Shown here: piece by piece, positions 26,506-37,405 of the stretch
Layout: each line of letters begins with the position of its first letter
Numbering within the stretch: position 1 is the first letter of the stretch
IMG/VR virus record: IMGVR_UViG_3300009071_002060
Span: 62,001 to 116,711 of that record
Origin: an uncultured virus (IMG/VR IMGVR_UViG_3300009071_002060)
Taxonomy: Duplodnaviria > Heunggongvirae > Uroviricota > Caudoviricetes
DNA: 54,711 nucleotides
Direction: 5' to 3' (one strand)
Position numbers and translations under genes: made by a program
The notes under the pieces: generated by a model
Database searches by the model: none
The model's input: only the letters and a program-made list of their open reading frames with translations
Told to the model about the DNA's origin: nothing

Positions 26506-26828
26506 TGATTACAATAAATGAAGTTGGAGCCGTACGGGTTCAACAATTACAAAAAGAACAAGATAAACCAGATAGTCCGCTAAGAGTCTTTATTCAAGGC
26601 GGCGGTTGTTCAGGATTTCAATATGGACTTGAACTTGATAATACAATTACCGACGAAGATGACGTATTCGAAAGTAATGGTATAAAACTGGTGGTAGACC
26701 GCGTAAGTCAACTGTACTTGTTTGGCAGTGAAATTATATTTAAAAATGAATTGGGCGGGTACTCATACTCTTTAGAGAACCCAAATGCGGCCAGTGGTTG
26801 TAGTTGCGGATCTAGCTTTTCTGTTTAA
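26505..26828 (+). CDS. HesB/IscA/ErpA Fe-S cluster carrier
   Basis: LRVFIQGGGCSGFQY...NPNA..GCSCGSSF. Confidence 0.93.
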   Translation: MITINEVGAVRVQQLQKEQDKPDSPLRVFIQGGGCSGFQYGLELDNTITDEDDVFESNGIKLVVDRVSQLYLFGSEIIFKNELGGYSYSLENPNAASGCSCGSSFSV

Positions 26829-26832
26829 AATA

Positions 26833-26880
26833 TTCGTTATACATTGCTAAATACTGTATAATATACCTACGTATAACGAA
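26833..26880 (+). promoter_or_regulatory. TAAATA late promoter enclosed by a perfect 10-bp inverted repeat, at the head of the structural operon
   Basis: TTCGTTATAC (26833-26842), TAAATA (26848-26853), GTATAACGAA (26871-26880). Confidence 0.6.
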
Positions 26881-26896
26881 ATTAGGATGAGAAAAG

Positions 26897-29800
26897 ATGC
26901 CGTTTACTAACATTAATACCAGCCCTGGATCAGGTGATTCATTAAAAGCCGCTTTTGACATTGTTAATGCAAACTTCGATCAAATCGAAGATGGTACGTA
27001 CACTATCACTTCATCTGCTCCAATCAGTACAGTAGCAGGTAGAACTGGAGATGTTGTACTAACTGTTGGAGACATAACAGGTGCCGCGAGCACCGGATAT
27101 GTCGATGGTGTAGTTGCAGGAATAAATGCCGTAACAGAAGGAACTGTTGATAGCAAAATTACACTTGCTATAAACAATTTACTTGACGGGGCACCAGCCG
27201 CGTTAGATACACTAGCAGAACTAGCTACTGCAATCGGAAACGATGCAGATGTAGCAAACACATTAACTGGACAAATATCAAGTTTAAATACTACAGTTAC
27301 CAACAACAACAATACATTAACCGCAGAAATCAACTTAATTAACGGTAAACTTACAGCATCAGGCATCGGTGCTGGAGGTGATATATCCGCCGCAACAATT
27401 ACAGCAACAACAGAATTCGTAGGTAACCTAACAGGAAACGTAACAGGTAATACAGCAGGAGTACACACTGGTGCAGTAACTGGTGCAGTAACAGGTAATG
27501 TTACAGGAAACTTAACTGGCAACTCTGCAGGAGTACATACAGGTGCAGTAGTTGGAGATGTTACAGGTGACTTAACAGGTGATGTAACTGGTAACGTAAC
27601 AGGTAATGTAACTGGCAACTTAACAGGTGATGTAACGTCAGGCGGAACAAGTACATTTACTACAGTTGATATCAATGGAGGTGCCATTGATGGTGCAATT
27701 ATTGGTGCTAACTCAGCCGCGGCAATTACAGGTACTACTATAACAGCAACAGGCTTTGTAGGTCCAATCACAGGAAATGTAACAGGTAATACCGCAGGAG
27801 TACATACAGGTGCAGTAGTTGGAGATGTTACAGGTGATATAACAGGTAACTCAACTGGAACACATACTGGTACAGTAATTGGTAATGTAACTGGTAATGT
27901 TACAGGTAACGTAACTGGTCAAGTTAGTCTTCTTGATAACCACTCAACAAACGGACTAACAGAAGGTGGAAATAATCTTTACTATACAGACGCCAGAGCT
28001 GATGCACGTATAGGTGCCGCAGATATAAGTGCATTATCAGATGTACACACAACAGCGGCCACTGACGGTCAAATACTTGCATGGGATAATGCAAACAGTC
28101 GTTGGGCACCTGCTAACAATACAGACACAGTTTATACAACTTTTGCGTCAGACTTTGACACAAGACTTGGAACTAAAACAACCGCTAACCTAACAGAAAA
28201 CACAAACTTATATTATACAGATGCAAGAGTTGACAGCCACCTAAGTGGCGGAACAGGCGTTACGTACAATGCTGGTGCTATCAGTATTGGACAGGCTGTA
28301 GGAACAGGTGATAATGTAACATTTAATAATACTACAATCACTGGAAACTTAACAGTAAACGGAACTACTACAACTATCAATGCAACTGATTTAAGTGTAA
28401 CAGATTTAAATATTACAGTGGCCAAAGATGCCGCTGATGCAACTGCGGCAAACGGTGCAGGACTGACAGTTGCTGGTGCAAGTGCTACATTAACATATGT
28501 TAGTGCATCTGACTCTTGGGCAATGAACAAAAATTTAAGTGCTAACGTAGTTGGAAACTTAACAGGAAATGTAACAGGTAATACCGCAGGAGTACATACA
28601 GGAAATGTAACTGGAGATGTAACTGGTAATACAGCAGGAGTACATACAGGAAATGTAACTGGAGATGTAACTGGAAATGTAACAGGTAATACAGCAGGAG
28701 TACATACAGGTGCCGTAACAGGTGATGTAACTGGTGATGTTACAGGTGCAGTAACTGGTAATGTTACAGGAAACTTAACAGGTAATGTAACCGGAACAGT
28801 TTCAAGTATTGCTAATTTTACTACTGCTAACCTAACAGAAAACACAAACTTATATTATACAGATGCTAGAGCAGATGCACGTATAGGTGCATCATCAATA
28901 AATGCTTTGTCTGATGTTAATACCACAGGCGCCGCAAATAATAAAATTTTAAAGTATAACGGTACAAACTGGGTAGTAGCAGACGAAACCGCAGGATTAA
29001 CAAACACTGATGGATTAGCAGAAGGTACAACTAACCTTTACTACACAGATGCTAGAGCAGACGCTAGAGTAGCTGGTTGGTTGGCAACCGCAACGTCAGA
29101 TAATATACCCGAAGGTACAACAAGTTTATATGCCACCGGTGGCAATTTAGATACCTATCTCGCTACTAAAAATACTGCTAATTTAGCTGAAGGGTCAAAC
29201 CTTTATTATACCGATGCAAGAGCAGATGCAAGAATTGGAGCCGCAGTATTAAGTGCATTGTCAGATGTGCATACAACCGTAGCAACAGATGGACAAGTTT
29301 TAACTTGGGATAATGCTAATACTAGATGGGCACCAGCAACACCAGGCGGAAGTGCTAATGTAGGTAACTTTACATTTACTAGTAATACAATAGCAGTAAC
29401 TGATGCCAATGGCGGAATTACAATTGATGCTAACGGCAATGGTGAAATTGTAATGGGTGATAATGTTGGTATTAACAATACCAACCCAGGTGTTTGGTTG
29501 CATGTTGGTAACCAAGGAGACTTAACAGAAACTGGTAGTATTGCGATTGCATATGGAGATGTAACTCAAGTACAAGAAAGTAAAACACAAGGTGGTGAAG
29601 CATTACTTACATGGGATTGGTCAAACGGAGTTTCAGCAGGTAGCAACGTAGACGGAACTAACCATGCAATATTTGGAATTTACAATGGTGCGTTAGCACA
29701 ACCTTTTATTACGTTTGATAGACCAAGTGCAGGTAGATCAAGTCCATTACACATTGATGAAACTGGTAATGCAACATTTAAAGATGATATTATTCTTAGC

Positions 29801-31033
29801 CAACCTGCAGAAATAAAATTCCAAGACGGAGACAAGTCAAACTATGTTGGATTTACCGCTCCGGTTACTGTAGGAGCCAATGTTGTTTGGACACTTCCAA
29901 ACACAGACGGAACACCAGGACAATACCTAATAACAGATGGATCCGGAGCACTTAGTTGGGCCGCAGGACTAGCATCAGGATTAGCCGCAACAGATTTAAG
30001 TGTTACTGTCGCAAGTGTAGGTACCGCAGGATTAACATATGATAACGCAGGTGTGTTTACATATACTCCGCCAGACCTAAGCACATATTTAACAAGTGTT
30101 CCAGCACAAACTTTTGCTAGTTTAACTGGCAAACCAACTACAATAGCAGGTTATGGAATTACTGATGCATTGGCATTGGGTACAACTAGTACAACAGCTT
30201 TAGCAGGTGATACTGCACTACTAGCATTGGGTACAACTAGTACAACAGCTTTAGCAGGTGATACAGCTATTCCTAGTGCATTAACAGATTTAGGAATTAC
30301 AGACGGTACCGCAGGACAACAACTAACAACAGATGGTAGTGGAAACTTTACTTTCCAAGCCGCTGGTAGTGGTAGCGGTATTGCACTAACTGATCTAAGT
30401 GTTACAACTGGCTCAGCAAGTAGCGGTGGAACACTAGCTTATGATAACTCCACTGGAGTGTTTAGTTTTGCACCAGCAGACACGTCAACATTTATTACAG
30501 CAACTTCAACTAATACACTCACAAATAAAACAATGGGTGCTACTACAATGGGTGGGCATCTAATTCCAGATTCCGATGCCGCATACGATTTTGGTAATGC
30601 AACTAACAAAATTAGACATTTGTTCCTGAGCAATAACAGTATTAAATTTGGAGATTCTGAACTAGCCTTGGGCGTTGATGTTACAGCAGGTACTATTCAG
30701 TTTAACACACATACTATTGCAACAAGTACTACTGAAGTTAACGATACGCCAGGTGCTCTTGACATTACAAAACGCAATCATTTTGTTACCCCAGGTGTAA
30801 ATTACACACTAGCAGATGGAACTTATACAGGTCAAGAATTGCATATATGGAAATCAGGACTTGCTACTGGTGTTTGTGATATTACAATAGCAAATGCAAT
30901 ACATACCAATGCCGGCGATGTTACAGCGGCAGTAGCCGCCTTTGTTTGGAGACTAACAGGTGCTCAAGGTAGATTCAGTTGCATATGGAACGGAACACAA
31001 TGGATTATTGGAGACGGTGGAATTGCCGCTTAA
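26897..31033 (+). CDS. large repetitive virion structural protein (tail-fibre-like)
   Basis: N-terminal GDSLKAAFDIVNANF attachment-type motif, many G[ND]VTG repeats, repeated NLYYTDARADAR modules, GAPAALDTLAELA motif. Confidence 0.8.
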   Translation: MPFTNINTSPGSGDSLKAAFDIVNANFDQIEDGTYTITSSAPISTVAGRTGDVVLTVGDITGAASTGYVDGVVAGINAVTEGTVDSKITLAINNLLDGAPAALDTLAELATAIGNDADVANTLTGQISSLNTTVTNNNNTLTAEINLINGKLTASGIGAGGDISAATITATTEFVGNLTGNVTGNTAGVHTGAVTGAVTGNVTGNLTGNSAGVHTGAVVGDVTGDLTGDVTGNVTGNVTGNLTGDVTSGGTSTFTTVDINGGAIDGAIIGANSAAAITGTTITATGFVGPITGNVTGNTAGVHTGAVVGDVTGDITGNSTGTHTGTVIGNVTGNVTGNVTGQVSLLDNHSTNGLTEGGNNLYYTDARADARIGAADISALSDVHTTAATDGQILAWDNANSRWAPANNTDTVYTTFASDFDTRLGTKTTANLTENTNLYYTDARVDSHLSGGTGVTYNAGAISIGQAVGTGDNVTFNNTTITGNLTVNGTTTTINATDLSVTDLNITVAKDAADATAANGAGLTVAGASATLTYVSASDSWAMNKNLSANVVGNLTGNVTGNTAGVHTGNVTGDVTGNTAGVHTGNVTGDVTGNVTGNTAGVHTGAVTGDVTGDVTGAVTGNVTGNLTGNVTGTVSSIANFTTANLTENTNLYYTDARADARIGASSINALSDVNTTGAANNKILKYNGTNWVVADETAGLTNTDGLAEGTTNLYYTDARADARVAGWLATATSDNIPEGTTSLYATGGNLDTYLATKNTANLAEGSNLYYTDARADARIGAAVLSALSDVHTTVATDGQVLTWDNANTRWAPATPGGSANVGNFTFTSNTIAVTDANGGITIDANGNGEIVMGDNVGINNTNPGVWLHVGNQGDLTETGSIAIAYGDVTQVQESKTQGGEALLTWDWSNGVSAGSNVDGTNHAIFGIYNGALAQPFITFDRPSAGRSSPLHIDETGNATFKDDIILSQPAEIKFQDGDKSNYVGFTAPVTVGANVVWTLPNTDGTPGQYLITDGSGALSWAAGLASGLAATDLSVTVASVGTAGLTYDNAGVFTYTPPDLSTYLTSVPAQTFASLTGKPTTIAGYGITDALALGTTSTTALAGDTALLALGTTSTTALAGDTAIPSALTDLGITDGTAGQQLTTDGSGNFTFQAAGSGSGIALTDLSVTTGSASSGGTLAYDNSTGVFSFAPADTSTFITATSTNTLTNKTMGATTMGGHLIPDSDAAYDFGNATNKIRHLFLSNNSIKFGDSELALGVDVTAGTIQFNTHTIATSTTEVNDTPGALDITKRNHFVTPGVNYTLADGTYTGQELHIWKSGLATGVCDITIANAIHTNAGDVTAAVAAFVWRLTGAQGRFSCIWNGTQWIIGDGGIAA
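30173..30264 (+). repeat. perfect 41-bp direct repeat (period 51) inside the fibre gene
   Basis: GCATTGGGTACAACTAGTACAACAGCTTTAGCAGGTGATAC at 30173 and 30224. Confidence 0.9.
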
Positions 31034-31067
31034 TAACATGATAAATACTGTAAGGAAAGATTAAAAT

Positions 31068-32048
31068 ATGCCTAGTTTAGATACAATTAATATTGGTGCC
31101 TCAGCAAACGATGGGTCCGGCGATAGCATACGTGAAGCATTTAGTAAAGCACGTAATAATTTTAACACAATTGAAACTACTTTAGTTCCAACTCTAATTA
31201 GTACGGCCGTTGCTAATATTAGTGCAACTTTCTCAGGCGGTACAATTACTAACGACACTAGTTTTACTTCAGCAACCAATGCAACTAACTCAACATCAGG
31301 TGCGTTACAAGTAACTGGTGGTGTTGGCGTAGGTGGAGATGCATTCTTTGCAAACAACTTAACTGCTACAACGATTAATTCATCTTCGTATACAGCAACT
31401 GGAACAGTTACAGCAAATGCTTTTGCTGGCCCAATTAACGGAGCAGTCGGTGGAACAACACCAGCCGCTGGTGCGTTTACAACTATTACATCTAGTTCTG
31501 GATATACAGGTACAGTAACTGGAGCAGTGACAGGAGACGTAACTGGCAATTTAACAGGTAACGTAACAGGTAACGTAACTGGTGACTTAACTGGCAGTTC
31601 AACTGGTGCTCATGATGGTACAGTTGGAGCAACTACACCAGCAACAGGTGCATTTACAAATGTAACTGCCACAGGAACTGTTACAGCTCAAACTGGAATG
31701 ACTGCTACTACAGGTAACATTCGAGTATTAAACGGAAACTTGTATTGTTTAACAACTGGTACCGGAGACGGTAGAATTGAAACAACTGTTTTTGTATCAG
31801 GCTTTGGAGCTTTTAGACGTGGACAAATTGGACAGTCAGGCGGAAGTGGCGATCCTAGTAATCCAAACAATTTTGCAATTTATACAGAAGACGGCAACTT
31901 AATAGTTAAAACTAATAGTATTCCAAGTAGTGCAACTGATACCGGCACTGAAGGTGAAGTTATTATTGGCACCGACTCTGGAACAACATATATCTATTAT
32001 TGTACTGCCGCAAACACTTGGGTACGTAGTGCTTTCGCTACTTGGTAA
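31068..32048 (+). CDS. virion structural protein (short fibre-like)
   Basis: INIGASANDGSGDSIREAF N-terminus, GNVTG repeats, YIYYCTAANTWVRSA C-terminus; TAAATA at 31042. Confidence 0.8.
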   Translation: MPSLDTINIGASANDGSGDSIREAFSKARNNFNTIETTLVPTLISTAVANISATFSGGTITNDTSFTSATNATNSTSGALQVTGGVGVGGDAFFANNLTATTINSSSYTATGTVTANAFAGPINGAVGGTTPAAGAFTTITSSSGYTGTVTGAVTGDVTGNLTGNVTGNVTGDLTGSSTGAHDGTVGATTPATGAFTNVTATGTVTAQTGMTATTGNIRVLNGNLYCLTTGTGDGRIETTVFVSGFGAFRRGQIGQSGGSGDPSNPNNFAIYTEDGNLIVKTNSIPSSATDTGTEGEVIIGTDSGTTYIYYCTAANTWVRSAFATW

Positions 32049-32058
32049 GGAATAGATA

Positions 32059-35000
32059 ATGGCAATCGGTGAAGTTGCACGACATAAGTGGATAACACAA
32101 GGTGGAGATATCGGGACTGTTCCTGAACTTGAGTTCATTGACATTCCGCTTGAAGTTACCAATCCAACTCAAGACAATATTATATTTGATTTAATTAGTG
32201 GTGAGTTGCCTCCTGGTGTGCAAATTGAACGTATGCCTGGTGCAATTCAAGGTGTTCCTGTTGTACTGGATCCATTACCAGTTGACGAAGCAAGAACATA
32301 TCGTTTTAGTATTAGAGCTTCATCAACCTCAGGCATTGTTACAGACAGAAGTTTTGAAATAACTGTTACTAACTTATTTCCTCCTTATATTACTCCTCGT
32401 ACTGCCAACCTTGGTACAGTATTTGATGGAACATATTATAAGAAACAACTAAGTGCTACAGAACCAAACCCAAATGCAGTATTGAATTGGACTGTAGCAA
32501 GTGGGCAACTACCACCAGGCATTACACTGAGTTCAAGCGGATTAATTAGTGGATATATTACAATTGAGTCCACTGATGCAGACAATGTTATTCCGGGTTA
32601 CGATGCACAGAGTTCAGGTGGATCAGTAGCATTTTATGATGTAGCCGGTTGGGATACTTTAGGTCGCAGTAGAAATAGAAAATATACTTTTACTGTACAA
32701 GTATCTGATGGAAGCAGTGTTGATAGTTTAACTTATCAACTTGGTATTGCAAGTAAAATATTATTCACAGCAGACCAGGATCATACATCTATTAGCGGTA
32801 GTGCAGAACAACCAATTGCTATTAGTGCAGACAACGACGAACTCTCAATAGATGCTGACAACAGATACGTTCCGGTTATTACAACTCCTCCAGCAAGTTT
32901 ACCACAAGTTAGACAAGAAAACTTCTTTGCATATAAATTTGATGCATTGGACTTTGAGGGAGACCCAATTGAGTTCCAATTTAGATTGGCTGAGGGCGGA
33001 AGTTTTGATCAAGGTGGCGGTGCTATATTTGGTTGGAAAGATCCACGCAACGGTAATGGTGTCACTGGACAATTTGAACCCAACGAAGGCAGAGCAAAAA
33101 ACAACCCACGTACAGTACAGTATTTTGATACTGATGAACATGAACTAGCATATAACTTAATTACAGAAAATTATCCAGTAGGAAGTCAATTTGATATTAT
33201 AGGTGTATGGTATGAAACCGACGCCGGTGTTGTTACTATATTTGAAGAAGGTGTTGACTTTACTGTTAACGTAACCAACACATTGGTTACAGTAACTGAT
33301 CCTGCTGATGTTCCAGACAATGGACGTCTTGCAGTTGACTTTTATATTATATTACCAGACAATACATTTGGTGTTGGTAGCGGATTAGACGAAGGACTTT
33401 ATGATCAAAGTGAAAGCAAACTTCCACCAACATTAACAATTGATGCCAATGGCTGGCTTAATGGTTATGTTGATCCTCAAGTTGAAGATAGAAAAGTATA
33501 CGAATTTATTATTTCTGCTAACAAAATAGAAGATGCAACATACGAAAGTGCTCCTGTACAATTTGCTTTAACAATATTAGGTAGTTTAACTGATACAATT
33601 ACTTGGGTAACTCCAACAGACTTGGGTTCACTTATTCCAGGTGAAGTAAGTCAGTTGAGTGTACAAGCAACCAGTGCCAACGGACAGGCAATTACATATA
33701 GTATTGAAGAAGACACAAAAGTTAATACACCACAAGGTTTAAGTTTAGATATATTACCAAATGGGTTTATTAGTGGACGTACCTCGTTTAGAACATTTCA
33801 AATGGATTCAGGTGTAGTTACATTTGATAAAGGTAAAACTCTTTTTGATAATAAATACGAGTTCACTGTAACTGCTACCACTGTAGACGGATTAGTTAGT
33901 AGTAACAGAACATTTACTCTGCGTCTAAATCCACGTTACACAAGACCATATGAAAACTTGTATCTGAAAGCATTGCCAACACAAGCACAAAGACAATCAT
34001 TCTTGGATATTGTAAACAACCAAGCAATATTCCCAGACAACTTGATATTCAGAAAAGAAGATCCATGGTTTGGTAGAGCTAAAACTATTAAGTTCCTTGC
34101 ACTTGCTGGAGTTAATCCAAGCACACTTGCAAGTTATACCGAAGCCATTGACAAAAACCATTACACTAAAAAGATTGATTTTGGTAAAGTAAAAACAGCG
34201 AGAGCAGTTGATGAGTTCTACAACGTAAAATACGAAGTAGTATATGTTGAAGTTGAAGATCCGCAAAACATCAATGATACTGATGTTACTTTGTCAAACA
34301 AAGTTGGAACAATAACTCCGCCAATGGGAGGACAGTTCTTCCTTGACAGTGAACAGCCAACAATTAACAAATACATTGACGAACAGGGTGTGGAATACGA
34401 TACTATCTATCCTAATACATTTGAAAATATGAATACTAGAGTTATCAATTCATTGGGCTATAGTGCTAGAGGTGTATTCCCAGACTGGATGTTAAGTGTA
34501 CAAGAAGATAAAACAGTAATTGGATTTAAACGTGCGGTGGTATTGGCTTATACAGTACCGGGTGCAAGTAAGTTAATTGCTTATAGATTAAAAAGTAATA
34601 ACGTAAGTTTCAGCAAAATTGAATTTGTTGTAGACAGATACCAACTTGATAACGTACTGAGTAAAAACTTTGACATTCCGCAAAACCAGTTTCTACCAAG
34701 TGAAGAAACAACCTATGATAGACTATTAATTGGCCCAGGTGAACTACAATACCCAGTTACATATGCTGTTGAACAATCATTCGATAGTATTCATTTAAGA
34801 ACCAAAGCATATATTAATGATAACCAAGCCGCCAATCCTTTATTACCTCCAGGAATTGATGGTACTAAGAATTACAAACATGGCGAAACTCTTATCTTTG
34901 CTAAACAGGAAGGTTTTGCTAATGTAGCAAGTCCTGATACAGATGGATGGGTCGAATATCAAAACTTATTTGTTGGTGATATTCCAGGAGATGGAATTGA

Positions 35001-37404
35001 AAGTGAAGCCGTTACAGAAAATGGCGAGCGTGTTAGCAGTAGCCTTACAAGCGGAAATGCAAATTGGACATTTAGTAATGGAACAGTAAGTATAAAAGCA
35101 ACAGGGTTACCTTATCATAGTAGAGGCAATCCAGCGGCACCGTTTAATTCAGCCGCTCAATCATATAGTATGACATGGTCGAACCATGCCGGTAGAGATT
35201 ATCCAAACTCAGGAACTAAAACACCATTACCATTGAACCATATTGGTTTTTGGCTAAACGGAGTTGCAATTTATAACCCTGCAGGAGGTGATCGTGCTCC
35301 AATTGGTATGTCACCTATTGCAGGAATGAACTTTAACCTTGCTTTTCAAAGTGCGACTGACTTAGGATATTCTTTTGGAGATGATTTAGCTGGCGGTCAT
35401 GCAGATGTTAACGGAGTGTATAGTTATAGAGATCGCACATTTACACAATCCTGGACAAGTGGAATTGGAGCAACAGACAATTCAGTTGGCGGTAAAGAAT
35501 TAGAACAAATTCCTTATATAGGTAGCAACTTAGCTCACCCTGATGGACATAGTAAAATACTTGGTTGGTCATTAGACGGATATCCAATTTACGGACCTAA
35601 TGGTTATACTAACTATAACGACAATACTTCAGCAGTAATTAGAATGACTAGTGCTTGGGCTATCAAATCAGATTTTAGTCACAGGACTGGTGTTGCAAAT
35701 GATCCATCAACATATCCATTGGGCATATTCATTGAAGATTTTGAACATGTAGGTGGCGGAACTCTTGACAAGTGGAACGGAAGGTATTGTGTTACACCTG
35801 ACTATCCAACTGGAACTTATGCCTACTTTGTTACAGAAGATGCCGACGGTGATGCAGTTTATCCATATGTAATTGGCCAAGAGTATTACGGTTATGCAAG
35901 TGCGTTTGATATTAGCACTAGCAACAGTGGTTTAGGATTTGAACCAGCTGGCACTGATTTAATTAGTTCAGGGTCAATGACTGACTACGATGGTGTATTT
36001 GGATTTGATTCATATAAAGTTATTCCGGGTTTCCGTGAAAGAGGATTAACTATTTCACAATTACTATTAGTGAATACTGCGGCAAGTGGTTCAACTAGTT
36101 TTGATGTTGAATACCAATACGGAGCGGATCTAATAGGAAAAGCCTTTTTAGCACCTAGTAACGATGCCATACCAGATAATACAAAAATCTTACAACAACA
36201 GACAGTTGATATTAGTGTAACGCCAGGCGTTGTAAGTTTAGTTACACGTCTTGTAGTTAACAACCCAAGTACTATTGGTTTAACCAAAGGTTCACCAGTT
36301 GATATTGTATCAGCAGTAACTTCAACACAGATTGGTGTTGGAGATACTATTATTGTTGACAGTATTCCAAGCGATCTAAAACCAGGTATGAGTATACAAG
36401 GAAAAAATATACCAGCTGAAACTTATATTAGAGCAGTTGATAGTGGTACAAATAGAATCGAAACTACTAGTCAACTTAGTACAATAGAGAGCGGTACTAT
36501 AATTAGATACCTACAAACAAATCAACGTGCTGGTATCTGGAGAATCAATATCACTGGAACACAAACACTAGTAAACTTTGATCATACAGCTCATTATGCA
36601 TTGAACTATAAATGGAGTGACATACATGGACAAGCCTGGAGTACATTCTTATTAAACAATCCTAATGCAATTGATGGTGTTCGTAGTATTGCTGACCTTC
36701 AAGATAAAGAACTTATTTTCCTAGGCGACATAGGTAACGAAGACGGCTGGACACCTAAGGATATATGGGACTTAACAAGGTATGATCCAGATGCAATCAG
36801 CGGAACCACTATTCCGTATCATAATAGACGTCAAGTTTGGAAACTAACATTCCAAGAAACAGATATAATTATTAATCAGAGAGTTGCACCCAGTGACGTA
36901 CTAGACTTTGATGCGTTCGATGAGGATAAGCAGTTTCAACCATTTATCCTTGGTAAAGAGTATATTATGCAACTTACCCTAGTAACTGCAAAAGATGTAG
37001 AGCGTGGCGATAGAGTACGTGTTACGCTAGGAACATATAAAGATAAGGACATGTCACTTGATTTTGCTGATAATTACACTGAAACTGAAATAATTATATC
37101 AGATGAACTAGTTAGACTTGATTTTGTTCGTGAAATTGACGTTGGAACGAAGATTAAAGTAGCAAAAGGGCAGAGTTACGGTTTCTCTTTCCTAACGTAT
37201 GATGCTACATTAGAGGCCGATCAAACCGTGCCAAAGTATAAATATTGGAAAGGGAGTGTAGAAGCAGAGCCCGGCACCGACAACAAAGACTATACCAGGT
37301 TTGATGGTGGAGGTACCCGTTTCTTCAATTACAGAGATAGTTATCATAAGCCTGAAGACGGTGATAAATATATTAAATTCCCACAGATAGGAGTGTTTAC
37401 ATAA
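32059..37404 (+). CDS. large baseplate-wedge-like structural protein with Ig-like repeats and an embedded YHYH-type domain
   Basis: SGELPPG/SGQLPPGITLSSSGLISG Ig-like repeats; GFWLNGVAIYNP, GHSKILGWSLDGYPIYGP, NGRYCVTPDYP.GTYAYF; ends in DKYIKFP. Confidence 0.75.
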   Translation: MAIGEVARHKWITQGGDIGTVPELEFIDIPLEVTNPTQDNIIFDLISGELPPGVQIERMPGAIQGVPVVLDPLPVDEARTYRFSIRASSTSGIVTDRSFEITVTNLFPPYITPRTANLGTVFDGTYYKKQLSATEPNPNAVLNWTVASGQLPPGITLSSSGLISGYITIESTDADNVIPGYDAQSSGGSVAFYDVAGWDTLGRSRNRKYTFTVQVSDGSSVDSLTYQLGIASKILFTADQDHTSISGSAEQPIAISADNDELSIDADNRYVPVITTPPASLPQVRQENFFAYKFDALDFEGDPIEFQFRLAEGGSFDQGGGAIFGWKDPRNGNGVTGQFEPNEGRAKNNPRTVQYFDTDEHELAYNLITENYPVGSQFDIIGVWYETDAGVVTIFEEGVDFTVNVTNTLVTVTDPADVPDNGRLAVDFYIILPDNTFGVGSGLDEGLYDQSESKLPPTLTIDANGWLNGYVDPQVEDRKVYEFIISANKIEDATYESAPVQFALTILGSLTDTITWVTPTDLGSLIPGEVSQLSVQATSANGQAITYSIEEDTKVNTPQGLSLDILPNGFISGRTSFRTFQMDSGVVTFDKGKTLFDNKYEFTVTATTVDGLVSSNRTFTLRLNPRYTRPYENLYLKALPTQAQRQSFLDIVNNQAIFPDNLIFRKEDPWFGRAKTIKFLALAGVNPSTLASYTEAIDKNHYTKKIDFGKVKTARAVDEFYNVKYEVVYVEVEDPQNINDTDVTLSNKVGTITPPMGGQFFLDSEQPTINKYIDEQGVEYDTIYPNTFENMNTRVINSLGYSARGVFPDWMLSVQEDKTVIGFKRAVVLAYTVPGASKLIAYRLKSNNVSFSKIEFVVDRYQLDNVLSKNFDIPQNQFLPSEETTYDRLLIGPGELQYPVTYAVEQSFDSIHLRTKAYINDNQAANPLLPPGIDGTKNYKHGETLIFAKQEGFANVASPDTDGWVEYQNLFVGDIPGDGIESEAVTENGERVSSSLTSGNANWTFSNGTVSIKATGLPYHSRGNPAAPFNSAAQSYSMTWSNHAGRDYPNSGTKTPLPLNHIGFWLNGVAIYNPAGGDRAPIGMSPIAGMNFNLAFQSATDLGYSFGDDLAGGHADVNGVYSYRDRTFTQSWTSGIGATDNSVGGKELEQIPYIGSNLAHPDGHSKILGWSLDGYPIYGPNGYTNYNDNTSAVIRMTSAWAIKSDFSHRTGVANDPSTYPLGIFIEDFEHVGGGTLDKWNGRYCVTPDYPTGTYAYFVTEDADGDAVYPYVIGQEYYGYASAFDISTSNSGLGFEPAGTDLISSGSMTDYDGVFGFDSYKVIPGFRERGLTISQLLLVNTAASGSTSFDVEYQYGADLIGKAFLAPSNDAIPDNTKILQQQTVDISVTPGVVSLVTRLVVNNPSTIGLTKGSPVDIVSAVTSTQIGVGDTIIVDSIPSDLKPGMSIQGKNIPAETYIRAVDSGTNRIETTSQLSTIESGTIIRYLQTNQRAGIWRINITGTQTLVNFDHTAHYALNYKWSDIHGQAWSTFLLNNPNAIDGVRSIADLQDKELIFLGDIGNEDGWTPKDIWDLTRYDPDAISGTTIPYHNRRQVWKLTFQETDIIINQRVAPSDVLDFDAFDEDKQFQPFILGKEYIMQLTLVTAKDVERGDRVRVTLGTYKDKDMSLDFADNYTETEIIISDELVRLDFVREIDVGTKIKVAKGQSYGFSFLTYDATLEADQTVPKYKYWKGSVEAEPGTDNKDYTRFDGGGTRFFNYRDSYHKPEDGDKYIKFPQIGVFT

Positions 37405-37405
37405 G

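Noticed and set aside
26980..31549. Long antisense ORFs (26980..27771, 28213..28845, 31061..31549 and others)
   Set aside because: Shadow frames of the Gly/Thr/Val-rich repetitive structural genes; low-complexity PVT translations with no SD or promoter.
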